DNA of 64,000 nucleotides, taken from the NCBI GenBank assembly GCA_002633005.1, contig NMRA01000267.1, forward strand, positions 492,976 to 556,975. Direction: 5' to 3'. A program made the position numbers and the translations under genes. Numbering within the stretch: position 1 is the stretch's first letter; the number at the start of each line of letters is the position of its first letter. This document shows positions 1-13,140 of this stretch, in pieces. The DNA is from Phoronis australis (Eukaryota > Animalia > Phoronida). The notes beneath the pieces are model-generated. The model did not search any database. It had not been told where the DNA came from and worked only from the letters and a program-made list of their open reading frames with translations.

Positions 1-273
1 AGGGATAGCAGACGACAATGTACTTGACAGGGTAGATTATGCCAAGAGTTAGCGCTGAATCACCGCGACTGTCTGTGGTTTTGCATTTCACATCATAAAG
101 AGTTCCATAGCAACTCGAGTACGATTCTCAGATTTGAGTACGTTTGGAGTATACATGTACTCCAAATGCGAGATTAGATACGCTTTTTCGAGTACGACTC
201 CAGTGAGCACGATTTTGGGTATGAAATCTCGAGTATAAGTATGAGTCTGAGTACGGAGATTGGAGACCGGGCC
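1..273. mobile_element. Right end (long TIR) of a PIF/Harbinger-type non-autonomous element/MITE
   Basis: Ends ...GGAGATTGGAGACCGGGCC followed by CAG. The whole 1-273 segment is the diverged reverse complement of 63490-63765, and the terminal motif is shared with the MITEs at 8944-9344 and 43721-44104. Confidence 0.75.
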
Positions 274-308
274 CAGGTTTTGTTAAACCACCTTTATGAA
301 ATCGGCTG
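274..308. mobile_element. Terminal fragment of the CAGCCGATTTCAT-TIR element family (see 61408-63488)
   Basis: GTTTTGTTAAACCACCTTTATGAAATCGGCTG is the reverse complement of the terminus at 62495-62530; it is followed by TAT. Confidence 0.7.
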
Positions 309-1653
309 TATGTGTCTACATTTACATAAGCCTGCCAACATCTCCCAAACTAGCAATCACAGCCATATGGTTTGAATCAGAGAAATGTAGAGGAAACTGC
401 AATGTATGGAATGTGCATGCTCACAACATTCCATGGGTCTCACATTTTTTGAATGAAAATCACTAGTCTCCTGGGGTGAGTGCACTATTCCTAGCGCAGC
501 GCAGGTGCAGCTTATCATAGTCCATTGAGTAAACCCAAGGCATTGTAATAGGTTAATTGGCATGTCGGTTGACCTCGGCTTGCGTAGGATAAGGATTAAA
601 ATGCTAATAAGGAATAAGGTTCAGGTAATTTTTTGATGTCTCTCAAAATGGATATTTAACTGTTATTGAGGTTCGGTGGTTATTATTTAGGAAATTGTCC
701 CAATGCATGCTCTTTGCCTTACTTTTAAGTGCACTCGCTATTGAGCCATCTAATGTGAGTTGTAAAACCACTCTTTTCACCTTTAAGTGGGTTTAAAATG
801 TTTAAGTTAATCTATTATGAAATGTTCAATAGAATAGTTTTTATTTTTCTAGAGAAATAATCATTCATTAATTTGTCATATTTGATTCAATAAACAGGCA
901 GTCAGTATCCAGACAGCTATGCAAATGAAAGTCATGAGGATGGAGTTACGCCGTCTGCTAAATGATCTGTACTGTAATTACAATATATCATTGCAAAAGC
1001 TTCATCGTTGTAAATTAATGGGAGAATCAATAACGATAAACCTGTGCTCTATATAACAAATCCTGCTCCACTGTTTCCTAACTCATCCATCACATCTATG
1101 CACCCTCCTATTTATATTCCCGTTTTCATTTGGATATGTGTTCCTGATAAAAAGATCGAGACTGACATTTATTTTCCGTCTTCAATTACTATGGCCTCCG
1201 TAGAGCCATCTTTTTTGCGTCCATGGCTGTATCTCCTTAACCGCTGCAAGGCCCTCCTGAAATTAAACAGGTGTGTTCCTGAGGACATAGCAACCGATGA
1301 TGTCATTTCAGACAAATCTAACTACAGCTGTGCTCCATAGGGTCATTTTTTTTTTACTTTTGCATCTATAACTTCAGTTCCTTGATATTTTTCATGAAAT
1401 TGGCCCAAACGATTTTCTATTTTGAAGACCACAGCATCTTTCTTATTTGTGATGAATTCGACGTATTCTGCATCAATTAGTGGCTATTTTTAATCTTTTT
1501 TTGTCTTTTGCTTCTGTATCTGTCAAATGACGGCAGATGAATATATACGACTACTACTGCTGCTCCTAACGGCAGCTTTTTTCGTTTACCTTTGTATCTT
1601 TGTAGTCCTTTAACGGATTTACGTAATACTTGAAAAATAACTTTGAAAGACGA

Positions 1654-2005
1654 TGTTGGTGTGCTAGCAGTGAAAGGCATTCTGTTCGGTCAGGACCGAT
1701 GAATGCGTGAAACAGTTCGAGAAGAGAAAGCGGTCCCAGTATAATACTAGTCTAATGAAGGATAATATAGTTTATTACATACACTTCTATTGATACTACT
1801 GAGTCTGTTACAATGCATGCGATCAAACACTTATATGGTGACATACATGAATAACAACAGGATATACTGAACAAACATGTACTACAATTCCTCATGACTA
1901 ACTTGGGGGTGTATTACATGATACTCAATTCTCTAAACTACTCCTACACATGCAGTCACACTAAATCACTCGGATATGGGATCATACTCTAATCAAACGA
2001 CGACA
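1654..2005 (-). mobile_element. Candidate Gypsy-type LTR with adjacent polypurine tract
   Basis: TGTTGG...CGACA imperfect inverted ends, minus-strand AATAAA near 1771-1776, and minus-strand GAAAATGGGGAGG immediately before TGTCG. No partner LTR or TSD was found. Confidence 0.35.
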
Positions 2006-3306
2006 CCTCCCCATTTTCGAATGGGTTTAATAAATTTTGAGCCATCTGATTGCCATTTCTGTGATACAAATATACACCCTCAGAAGGTCTTAGATGATGC
2101 AGTGTTATTTTTTTTGCTTAAACAATAAAAAAATCAAAAGAACACCCTATTCTTCATTTTACAAATATAGCTTTAGATGAATATAAACGTTTAATTTTCA
2201 TGTAAGCTTAGGGAAAATTTGCACCAGATCAAATATTTGCTTATATTATTGTGAATATTTTTACTTAAATAGTTTTGTAAACTTGACTAGAATCCTGGGC
2301 CCTGGTGCACACGTGTTAGGTTAGCCGAATAAAGTTAGTTGTTGAGTTGATATATTTCCTGTGTTGTTCCATTGAAATATGTGCTTAAACCATCTAAATT
2401 TTTCTTTGTAGCAACTGCTATGGGAAAAACCTCTCGACTACCTTAGCAAAGTGTTAGGGAGGGCAAAATAGTTGTTGAAACCAATGTGCCAGGTTAAGTT
2501 TTGAGAAAACCAGACTACTACAGCTTGACCAGATTGAAGGGAATTCTGGATTTCCACAAGGCGACAGGACTAGTACTGACCGTGACAAGGTAAACTGTGT
2601 TATCAATTATGGGCTGAAAGATTAATTAAGAGCTATGTGTAAATCTAGCTTGGTCAGGGTTTGTTTAAAATGTTTGTTAAGGCTACGTACAGTAGGGCCT
2701 CATTGACAAGTCTACATTTAGCCTACAGTCTGCAAAAGTATACTGTATACAGAAGTTAACTCTGCAAGAGGAAATTCTATGGAATTTAATTGTTGAATTT
2801 ATACGAATCTGACAAAAACTGCCATGGCCATGCATTTTTATCAAATTTACCACAAAAAAGAAACGTACATTCATAACAAAACAACAGGGTCAGTTACATG
2901 ACCAAATTTCGTATGACATAACTGGTCAATCCGTCATGCAAAAGTGGAACATTTAATAAAAAATCCCTCACAGCTTTTAGGGTAACAGTGCACATAACAT
3001 AGTGTCTGGCATATATTCTGTTCATCAGCTTCTTCCGAGGTACATTTATTATGTTCTGAATCTGGCTAAAATTCTTCAAAAGGTCTTGCACAAGTTTAAA
3101 GCACGTGGACCTTTTCAGAAATAGTATTTTATTATAATTTCAAAATCGCTGAATGTATGTAAGTGGCTTTCATTGTGTACTACACTTCACTGGTGGGAGC
3201 TATGAGTATTTGAGCATCTGTACAACGCAGCCTGTGAAATGTTGTTGTAATATTAAAGCAATTCACCATGTTCTGAGGCTGTCTGGTTTGCACACTTTAC
3301 AGATTC

Positions 3307-3560
3307 CAACAGGAGGAGTCTCAAGAGCAACAGACTTGGCACGATGTCCCACATGCACGAGAAGTTGCACAAGAGCATCCGGTGGTTGAGCATGTGAACC
3401 CAGACCAACAGGAGTCTCAAGAAGAACAGACTTCACATAATGTCTCACATGCAAAAGATGTTGCACAAGAGCATCCGGTAGTTGAGCGTGTGAACCCAGA
3501 CAAACAGGAGTCTCAAGAGGAATAGACTTGGCACGATGTCCCACATGCACAAGAAGGTGC
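3307..3560 (+). repeat. 96-bp tandem repeat, about 2.6 copies (QQESQEEQTWHDVPHAxEVAQEHPVVEHVNPD)
   Basis: GAGTCTCAA recurs at 3316, 3412 and 3508, a period of 96 nt (32 codons). Confidence 0.9.
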
Positions 3561-5259
3561 TCGATCGCATCCACTAATTGATAGTGTGGGGGAGACACCT
3601 GATGTAGAGGTTGAAACTGCAAGACTCAACTTAAACACTGTTGTGATGGGGTTCCTCAGTTTAAAAAGGATGTACAAAGGCAAAAAATTGACCCAAAAGT
3701 GGAAGGCTAGAAGTACACACTGAATCATATAAAGACAGACTTTTCTTTACAAGGTTATTGTTAAGAATATTGTGACCTAAGGAAATGTCATTGGTTTTTT
3801 CTTCCTGCATTTCCAGTGCCATTTCTCCATCATTTGTATTGATGAGCAAGTCGTTTGTTTGTACACTCTTCGAATCTGCAGGGAGAGTTCGTGTTGGAAT
3901 ACGCACACCTTTACTTCGTTTACGACCTCCGGACACCACTGTAGTTGTGAAAATTATTGGTAGTTTTCTCTTACTGAAATGTATGAAGATAACATAAATG
4001 CACTCAGTATAGAGCAGAAAAGATTTTTGCAACAAATATCAGATTCAGGGATATTCCAAGCACTACACAGTCCAAATTAACTGAACAACTTTTCAGGAAC
4101 ACTTTTGAAGTCTGTTCATCCGAATCCACAAATTTCAAGTGACCATGTTTGCCTAGTTTTCGGTTGTGTTTCGATTTCCAAAGAAAACAAATTATGTTCC
4201 CGGAAAAGAGATGGGGGTGTTCATCTTATTCGGGTGGGTATTTTTGCCTCTTGGTAATAATCTTTAAAAATAACTGTAGTATAGGCAACACTGAATTATG
4301 CATTGGGCGTGACCAGATTAGGTATAACATTGGGCGTGGCCAGGTTAGGTAAAACTTAAAGTTTTGGCTTTCACGTGAACACTTGGTCACTAATTCTGGT
4401 TTGATCAGATATATTGATCCAATGCTAGATTTGAATTGAAGTTCGCATGTATGATTGTGTAGTACCCTCGCCATGACCAAAGTAGAATAGATAATTTAGT
4501 AATTCTCAACCTGGGAATTGTTCATAGAGTCGAACTATAAACAATAACCTGCAGTACTCTATGGGAAGATCATCCCTTTGCTTAATATGTTGATTGCAGT
4601 ACATTGTAGAGATTACCCTGATTACCCAGCCTGGGAAAGCGGACACCCAAATTAAACTGGCAATTGTGCTATAACCATTTCGGCATTTGGCTTATTGGCA
4701 ATTGTCCATTGGATGACTAGCAGAAGCTCAAATGATTTATTGGAAGAGCGCCTACAACTACAGCATAACGTACGTTGCCGTCGGTTGAGATTCGACACCG
4801 ACTGAATTTTGAGGCTTGGCTGAGGCTGACACTGAAATGACTGAATTGGCTATGTTGGCAGTTGTAAATTACATGTACACTTTTAACAAAATACATCGTG
4901 CGAAACGTTTACTCACTACTACGGGAAACTCAATAAGTTCACTGCTTTAAAAATAAACTCACTTCGCTCATTGTCTCCCAGGCTGTGGAAGCCAAATTCC
5001 TTCCTTCTGATGATTTTAGAAATGCCCACCCAATGACGTTTTCGTTTATCTCGCGAGATAGCATGCGACACACTTGGCATCCACTGTAACTGCGAGGCTG
5101 TGTGAAGCAGTAACTGTACGTGCTAGGATGCAAGTGCTCACGCGAAAAGTTCATGGCGTCGGTGGGTACTTTCACAGGAACTTTATGCGCAACTGATCAT
5201 TTGACTTTAGTAAAACGTTTTACACTTTGCACATTCCAGACGACGTACTTGCCGAAAGT

Positions 5260-5307
<48 letters not shown>
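5260..5307. repeat. (GA)n microsatellite, the 3' tail of the LINE
   Basis: Near-perfect GA run directly after the LINE polyA signal on the minus strand. Confidence 0.9.
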
Positions 5308-5309
<2 letters not shown>

Positions 5310-5418
5310 TGTTTATTGCACTTGGAGCTAAGCTCATTTGTACATATTATATTGCAACATTTGGTATAGGTGGCAATTTCATGTTCGGGTATTCAATACA
5401 TATATACATATTTACACG

Positions 5419-8400
5419 TTACAATGTTAGAGTTTCCTGTCTAATACTATAAGCCTTTAATATAAATAAGGATGGTCTTTTCAAAAGATTTCCACAGTTT
5501 GCTTTGAATAAGTATTTGACGTTTTCGATGTCTGTATGCTGTAGGGATATTTCTGATAAAAAATTCTTTCTAATGTCCTTAAGTACGGGCCAGTTATGTA
5601 ATAAGTGTATTTCGTCTTAAATTTCTGAATGGTTGCAAATTTCGCAATCTATCTTCCTTTGGAATGTCATGGTGCCTACCAGTTTTTATTTTCAGTTGGT
5701 GTCCAGAGCACCTGAATTTGGCTAAAATTCTACGTAGAGTTGGTGGTAGACTGTAAAGATATTCTTCACAAGATAAATCGGATAATAGAGTAGAATGAGC
5801 ACTTGCTTGAGCTCTCCACTCATGTCCTCCATTTTTGGGCACCACAATCCAACAATCTTTGCTTAAATTCTGATATAAATAAATCAATGTTACCCGGTCC
5901 ACTTATCCATACCTCCCCAAACCCGTATCTGACTAAAATATCTTTAACTGCACTGGCCCAATTTTCTCGTCCTTTTTCACAGTCTTCCCGCAGCATCCTG
6001 TAACTTTTCTTTGGGTATCTGGGGTTATTCAACTGTAGAATTTTGGTCCAGTAAATTATTGATGGGCACAAGTATTTCACAGATAATAAATGCCTGCCGC
6101 ATTCTCCTCTGGCCATAACGTTACTTGTTTTCTTTGGGACACCAGCAACCCATTTACAGAAATGATTGTGAACACATTCTATGTCTTTCGAATATACTGT
6201 ACCCCATATCTCAGCACCATATAACATTATAGGAACTACCATACTATCAAACAATTTAAAACATACATGCGGGGATCTACTATTCACATTGGTTAAACAT
6301 GTTTTTAACATGTTCATTGCTTTTCTAGCTTGTAAAGCTGATATTCTACAATTTTTAATCCATTTTAATCTGCAAGAAAATGTCACACCAAGATACTTGT
6401 AATAAGATTTCGTTTCTACCGATTTCTTATTGTAGAACCACCGTTCTTGTGCCGACAGAGCCCCACCTCGCTTGAAGACAACAATATGTGTCTTATCAAG
6501 ATTAACACAAAGACTCCAATCCACACAGTAGTTGTGCAATACATTTAATTTCCTCTGGAGACCAGGCACTGTGTCCGCCACAAGTACCAAATCGTCCGCG
6601 AACAATAACAAACTTAATTCACAATCATCACACTTGATACCTCGTCCTCCATTTTCTTTGACCTCTGACACCAGTCCGTTAACCAAAACAGAGAATAACC
6701 AAGGACTCAGTATGCACCCTTGTTTCACACCTCTCGCCAATCAAAATAGGGTGCGATTTGACTCTGTATTCTCACGCACAATTTCACTTCAGCATAAATA
6801 TTCCTCAGGAGATTGAACATTTTCCCGTGGAGATTATTTTTTAACAAACAATAAAACAGACGTGTAGTTTCTAGACTGTCAAACGCCTTGCTAAAGTCCA
6901 CAAGGGCACAGTACATTTTTCCACCTCTTTTTGATAAATTTATGTGGGCCAAAGCTTGTAGAACAAAAATGTTATCCACGGTCGAATAACCCGCCCTAAA
7001 TCCGGCTTGTTCCTCAGGGATACATTGCATTGCATCCGACCACTCACTTCTGTTTAATATTGATGTAAACAGCTTGCTTATGCTATCAATTAAAGAAATT
7101 CCCCTGTAATTATTTGGGTTATTTTTGTCTCCTTTCTTGTAGATTGGAACGATTATACTCTTTCTCCAGTTCTCCGGGAATTTTCCTGTCACCAGTACCT
7201 TGTTGAATAGTTTGCATAATACTTCAACGATGTCACCAGTCAGTGCTTTGAAGAGTTCGTTTGGAAAACCATCTTCTCCAGGGGTTTTGTTGCTTTTAAG
7301 TTTAATTATTTCCTGATTGATTTCGGACATGTCAATTTCTTTATTAAGTTGTACCAAGATTTCATCACCAGGTGTGTTGGCACAGTCATTGCAGCTTTCG
7401 TCGTGCTCTCGCATTTCGTCCAGCAAATTATTAAGGAATTTCCTATTTTTCCGTACAGGATCAGTGTTCAAAAGTTTTTCAAAATAGTTATACCATTCGT
7501 TCGACGAAATATCCGCTTGTTGAATATTGTTCGGATTTATGATTGACTTCACGTTTTCCCAGAATATTCTTGGATCTCTCACTGAATCACATAATTTCTT
7601 TTCCATTTGTTCGTCATAATTCTTCTTTTTTCACGACAGGTTTCCTTAAATTGACTTTTCGTATCAATATAATTACGTAGTGTATCCACGCACTTTGTGG
7701 ATCTGAGAAATTTCAATAAATTAATTTTTTTCTATTTTCTTTTGCTCGCAAACGTTGTCGAACCACCTTGGCTGCTGCCTGTTCACTGCGGGTTTATTGC
7801 TTATTTTCATGTCAGCGCCGCAAGCGTGGAATAATTCATTTATTAATTTAACTGCTTTGTTAATATCCATATCGATGGCTGAAGATATTTGGGATAATTT
7901 CTCGCTGCCCAGGCTATCCTTAAAACTTGAAGATTTGTGTGGCTGCCACTTGAGTCGGTGCAATGGGGTTGTTCTGACACTAGTGTTCGATCCGTCTGTA
8001 TCAGCTTCCGTATGTTCTAGATAACGTAGAGTACACATGATAGGAAATGGTCTGACTGGTCGTAGTTTAATACTTCAAAGTCATTAATATATTCGAACAG
8101 AGATGCCTCGGCAATAACAGTCAATAGTGCTGCATCCTCGAGTGGAGACGGATGAATAGTTTCCTTCTCTGTCTGAGGGGTATCTACCGTTAACTATGTG
8201 CGTACCATATACTGCACAAAATTTGGCAAGTTCTTTGCCAAAGTAATTAGATTTCGCTTCTTGGTTGTTTCTTGGTTTTTCAAAATTATTTTGAACATAA
8301 CAACAATCGCTATTGGCAAGGACATTGATATGCGTGATATCGTCATCTGGGATGTAGTCTCTGAGTGTAGCTGTCCTTGAATTAAAGTCACCTGTCAAAA

Positions 8401-8877
8401 TAACCCGTGAGTGGTTAAATTTCTCATTACTCTTTGAGCAGGTAAAGTCATCCTCGAGACGATCAACACCGCAGTCAGAAATGTCGTGGCTGTAGTATGC
8501 TGACCCTTCGGGAGGGAGATAAATAAAACCTATTATTACATCTGGCTTGTTTGAGCCAGCAAACAAATCTTTCAGTTGCAAATATACTCTGTCTTCCAAA
8601 TTCTCACTTATGCGAGTTATTTTGGTTCCTAAATTGTTCTTTATCATTACTGTCACTCCACCAGATACTTTGCTGTTATGTATGTTTCGTACTGATGTGA
8701 ACGTGGAATAATGTTCTAAGAGATCGCCAAATTCATGCTCTGCTCTTGCGTGTGATTCAATGAATCCTATGAGGTAGTAGTTTCTAATTATTTTTTTTAA
8801 CTTCTCCTTTGTATTGTCGTAGGTTACTTTCTACCCCCCCCTATGTTCCATGATCTTATTTTCATTTCTCTTGTCAT
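5419..8877 (-). pseudogene. LINE ORF2 (APE endonuclease + reverse transcriptase), frameshifted
   Basis: Starts ATG at 8877 (MTREMKIRSWNIGG) and continues through ORF-track pieces 8084-8656, 7721-8038, 6725-7606, 5820-6740 and 5594-5902 in different frames. Confidence 0.88.
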
Positions 8878-8883
8878 TGTTTG

Positions 8884-10043
8884 CTATTGACTGTCGTCCT
8901 CTTCATTTGTATCCGTTCTATCTCTGAAGATGTATCTATCCAGGGCCCGGTCTCCAATCTTTTTACTCGAAATGGAACTCGAAATTAGGTTTGGCATTTT
9001 CTACTCTACTTTTGGGCAAACTCAAGATAAGTGTCTATTATTCTATGCTCGAGTACACAACAACTTACGCATATAATTTATTGCCCTTAGTTCTCAATTT
9101 GTAAACCCAATATTAAAGCAATAAGTAAGAGTTTGAACTCGAAATTTCGAGTTTTTACTCGAGTTTGTAGCACGAATATAAGGGTCTTCAAGGGCAAACT
9201 TGAATAAGAAACTCCTATGTGTAAACTATAATGTATTCGAGCACAGTCTGATAACCAATTATCTTAAGTTCGCACAAAAGGAGCAGAGAAATTGCCAAAA
9301 ATAGTTTCGAGTTCGTTTCGAGTACAAAGATTAGAGACCGGGTCCAGGTTGCAGACAACTTTGTCAATATGATCGTCATACAGGTACATTTTCCCGTTGT
9401 GATAAAGTTTATCGAATTTTATTGTGGCTTCTATAAAATTATTGTCTCTTGAGAACTGCAATAACTTTGATCTAGCGATACGAACTTTCTTGCTGAAGTC
9501 TTCAGCCACCGAGTATTGAGTTTCACTCCTTAATTTTCTTTTGCCTTTTAAGATCTGCATCTTGTCCTTGAACGAACTTAACTTTGCGATGATTGGTCGA
9601 GGTTTGCTAGGGTTCTTGCGACCAATCCTATGGGCCCGCTCAAACTTTACCTCTGATATGTCGATGTGGTTATTGACTAGTTCCTTTACTGCAATTTCCG
9701 CTTCTTCCCATGTTTCCGAATTCCCCTCGGGAATGCCGTGAAAAATTAGGTTGTCCCGTCTAGACCTATTCTCTAAATCCTCCACCTTGCTTTCCAAGTG
9801 CGCCACCTGTTGTCTCAAACCGACATTTTCCTGCTTCATTTCCTTGCATTGACGACTTAAGGATTCTATTTTACCAGACAAATTTTCTCTCATTTTCTCA
9901 AATTTTGTATTCATTTGTTCTAGTAGTTCTCTATTCGATATATCAGGTAGGTTACTTTCAGGTTGAGTCATATATGAAGGTAAGGTCCGGTTGCGCAATC
10001 CGGTCGCAGGTCCTGCATTAGGTGTGCATTTACCTCCTGGCAT
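8884..10043 (-). CDS. LINE ORF1p (coiled coil + RRM/CTD, L1-ORF1/transposase_22-like), interrupted by a MITE
   Basis: 259-aa ORF in the track. Removing 8944-9344 plus one CAG restores the native end ...KVVCNLDRYIFRDRTDTNEEDDSQ* with the stop at 8884-8886, 6 nt before the ORF2 ATG. Confidence 0.85.
8944..9344. mobile_element. 401-bp PIF/Harbinger-type MITE
   Basis: TIRs GGCCCGGTCTCCAATCTTT / AAAGATTAGAGACCGGGTC with a 3-bp TSD CAG (8941-8943, 9345-9347). A second copy lies at 43721-44104. Confidence 0.9.
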
Positions 10044-10474
10044 GATTTGCTATTGTTCCGTAACCTGTATATACACTGTAAACTGAAACAGAGCTCTGAC
10101 ACCTCAGTGTAGGTAACCCTATAGCAGGTTGTGGAACTGTCTCAAAGTCGGTTTTCACTCAGTCTAATGAAGTTTGACCAACCTTCAAGCGTTCTGTAGA
10201 TGTTGAGTATCACTTTCTTTTGACTGAAGTCCACACTTTTGTGTATTACCGTAGTAATTTTAGTATGAGCGATGTAGATATGCGTTCACAATAATAGCGC
10301 CATCTATCAGAAGTAAAACTTGCGAATTTTGGCAGGTGTCGCTAGTGAATAATGACTTATGCGTAAGATCGCAGATTTCGTCCATTGATATGCAGTGGGC
10401 GGTCCATGTACGACAAAATTTAAGACGAAATCTACTTTTTACTTCTTTGTGATTCGCCCATGTAATATAAAATA

Positions 10475-13140
10475 CGTACTCGGTGTGAGGAGTAAATGTA
10501 AGCTTGTGGTCTAGTAGCAATCCAATATGTTTGTGTGTGAACTTATTGGGAATAACTTACCCATTGAGTGATAATTCCAGCTTTGGATTTGTTTGGAATT
10601 GAGTATTATTAGACTTAGAAAATATAAGATAAACACTTTTTTCAGGTTTAAATTTCATCTTCCATTTGCAAGACCAGTCATAGATTTTCTTTAGGTGAGT
10701 TTGCAATTGTAAGGAGTCATGGGAATTCTTTTTGAGAATGGGTATAAAATTGCAGTGTCATCAGCATATAAGAATGTTTTAGACTTTATTGTGTCCGGAA
10801 GATCATTAATGTACAATAAAAATAGTAAGGGGCCTAGTACGCTACCCTGTGGTACTCCAGCATTTACGAAACCTGGCGTTGAAGAGCGTGATAAGACACC
10901 CTCTATTCGGACTTTGTAAGTTTGACATTCGAGATATGATTTTAGAAGTGAGAAGAGAGTTCCGGAAAAACCATAATATTGTAAGTTATGTAGAAGCAGA
11001 CCATGGGGAACGACATCAAAACTTGATGCAATGTCTAAGAAAACGGGACTCACGTTGTCTCCTTGCTCAAACTGAAGGTGGATTTCGTGTAGAATTTCTT
11101 TAAGTTGGGACACAGTGCTGTTACCAGGCGACGATATATGAGGTTTTTTGAAGAGAGGTGGTTAAACATGTGTTGAGAAATTATTTTTTCTAAAATTTTG
11201 GATAGGTGTTAAGTAGAGTTACAGGTATGGGGCGATAGTTGGCAATGTCTGTTTTGGGGATCTTTTTGTGTATTGGTATCATAACACCAAGTTTCCAGTT
11301 CAAAGGAAAGTTTCCAGATTGTAGTATTTTGTTATATAATGTTGTCAAAGGAGCTGTAAGCTCTCTTGCTATTATCTTAATCATTTTATCGGTTATGGGA
11401 TTTGTTACCGTCGTTTTTGTTTTCGTCAATATTTTCTAGTAGTTTTCGGACTTCCGATGTTTGGGCTTGTATGTCAGAGAGATGTTCTAATGTTCTGTTT
11501 GGGAATTCGGGAAAGCTTGTTGTTGGCGCAACGTGACTCATGGCGGTGTAGTATTCAAAAAATAACTTACTTTTTTCAGCTTTGGATGACGCCTGAGTGT
11601 TGGATTCCTTTGAGTGGATGGTGGGGTATGAAGATTGCTTTACCTGTCCTCGAATTTTGTTTATTATATCCCAATATTCCTTTGAATTTTTGGAGACATT
11701 GTTGATGTTGGAGATAATTTTCATCTTATACTTTTGTTTTGTCTTTTTAAATAGTTCTTCTACACTCTTGCACTTTTCTTTGTAGCACTTAAAGGTGCAT
11801 GGGTTATTTGATTTTCTAAACGATCTGTACAGTTTGTTTCTTTTATTTATTTCAGTCTTAAAGTTATTGTTAAACCACGGTTTGTTCTTGTTTTTTATTG
11901 TTTTCGTGGTTGATGGGACATTATTGTTTAGTATGTTGTTAAGTTGAGACTGTGTCATTTATGTCACTTTTGCTCAGTATTTCAGTCCATTTAAATGTGG
12001 TTATGTCAGTGCACAGTTTGTCCATGTTAATGAGGTTGTAATTCCAGATCTGTATGATAACGTGTGGTTCTTTTGGTAAGCATTTGAGTGTGAATGTGGT
12101 CCGAGTTACCAATGGGAGGCCTTACGGAAGTAGATTCGATTAATCCGAGATTGTTAGTAATACATAAATCAAGGCAAGAATGTAAATACTCTGTTAAACT
12201 TGTGGGTTCGTTTATTAGTTTTACACAGTCATTTGAGAGGAGAATATCGAGCAATTCGAGACCAGCCTGGTTGTCATTTTCTTCTACGTACCAAGTACTA
12301 TTCCTTGCGTTGAAATCCCGTTGATAACAAATGTTTTATTAGTTTGTGAGAGTTCTTGCAGTTGTTCTGCAAAGGTCTTGAAATATGTTTTCCTGTCATG
12401 GGACGTCTGTGAGGGTGAGCGATAGAAAAAACATAATATACCTTCTTGTGGTTGACATAAAGTTCATTCCAACAGTTATTCATTGATTGTCCAATTTTAG
12501 TATCAATTGTTTTGTAATTTACGGAGTTATGGACAAACAAGACCAACCCCCTCCCGGCGTTAGTGTGGTAGGCAATGTTGTATTCTGGAATGATAAGTGC
12601 ACTGAGGTTGTCTTCGGACAGTGTTCCGGATTCACATATGGCTATGACCATGTAATTGTTGTCTGTAATAAATTGCTTGAGAATTTCAAATCTTGAAAGA
12701 CTGTTCGCCTTTTTAGGCTATTGATGTTAGTGAATAAGACCTTGAAGCTGGTTGAACCCTGAGGGTCGGGTCCTTGAGTGACCTCTATGTCACCAGCAGT
12801 CAAAAGGCTTTGCTCAATGATAACTCTGATATCACAACGTGAGTTCTTCATTGTGTAGTAAACATTACGTAAGTGCGCAGTTTGGGGTCATTTCCCTATA
12901 AGAAAAGTGAGGTCGAGCGTGATGGGTGAAAAGCAATGGGGTATTTTTGTTTTCCAGACACCCGGACTATTGTAATTATTGTGTGTGTGTGTAGTAAATT
13001 CATACAGTTCATATTTAGCATGCTTATCTAACAACAGAAGAAAGAAATATATACAGGCGTGTGAATAGACTAAAAGTAATTAAGTAAGCTAGAACAAAAG
13101 CAATGAACACTAGGGGGTAAACACTTGGGTTGGCATGAAA
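10475..13140 (-). mobile_element. Degenerate CR1-like LINE ORF2 (APE + RT), 3'-truncated, with an N-terminal 2A-like motif
   Basis: [104 protein letters not shown], with many frameshifts. Confidence 0.88.

Larger units (their letters stand above)
898..3720 (+). pseudogene. Decayed spliced gene fragment encoding a GTF2I-like repeat followed by an acidic 32-aa tandem repeat (exons 898-973, 2412-2589, 3303->~3720)
   Basis: AG/GT-bounded exons splice in frame (phase 1, then phase 2) to give ...MELRRLLNDLY|STAMGKTSRLP*QSVREGKIVVETNVPG*VLRKPDYYSLTRLKGILDF...T|RFQQEESQ... This resembles the GTF2I repeat consensus (V..LFN.KY..ALG..VPY....V.G.P.G..R.P..Y...L..IL). In-frame stops are present. Confidence 0.55.
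5260..10260 (-). mobile_element. Near full-length, degenerate non-LTR retrotransposon (RTE-X/L2-CR1 group): ORF1, APE-RT ORF2, 3' UTR, (TC)n tail
   Basis: ORF1 motifs LENRSRRDNLIFHGIPE, ERAHRIG, RPIIAK, EDFS. APE motifs SWNIGG, SGGV, GDFNSR, STID. RT motifs NYRGISL, EEQAGFR, VDFSKAFD, GVKQGCILSP, LLFADD, YKYLG. C-terminal FRCSGHQLKIKTGRH plus a frameshifted CCHC-like motif. Minus-strand AATAAA sits just before the (TC)n tail. The 5' boundary is approximate. Confidence 0.9.

Noticed and set aside
1000-1650. Coding-looking minus-strand stretch with faint resemblance to Polinton capsid or retroviral protease motifs
   Set aside because: Only a few residues match and there are multiple stops; not supportable.
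5120-5452. ORF with an ERERER tract
   Set aside because: Antisense read of the LINE (TC)n tail.
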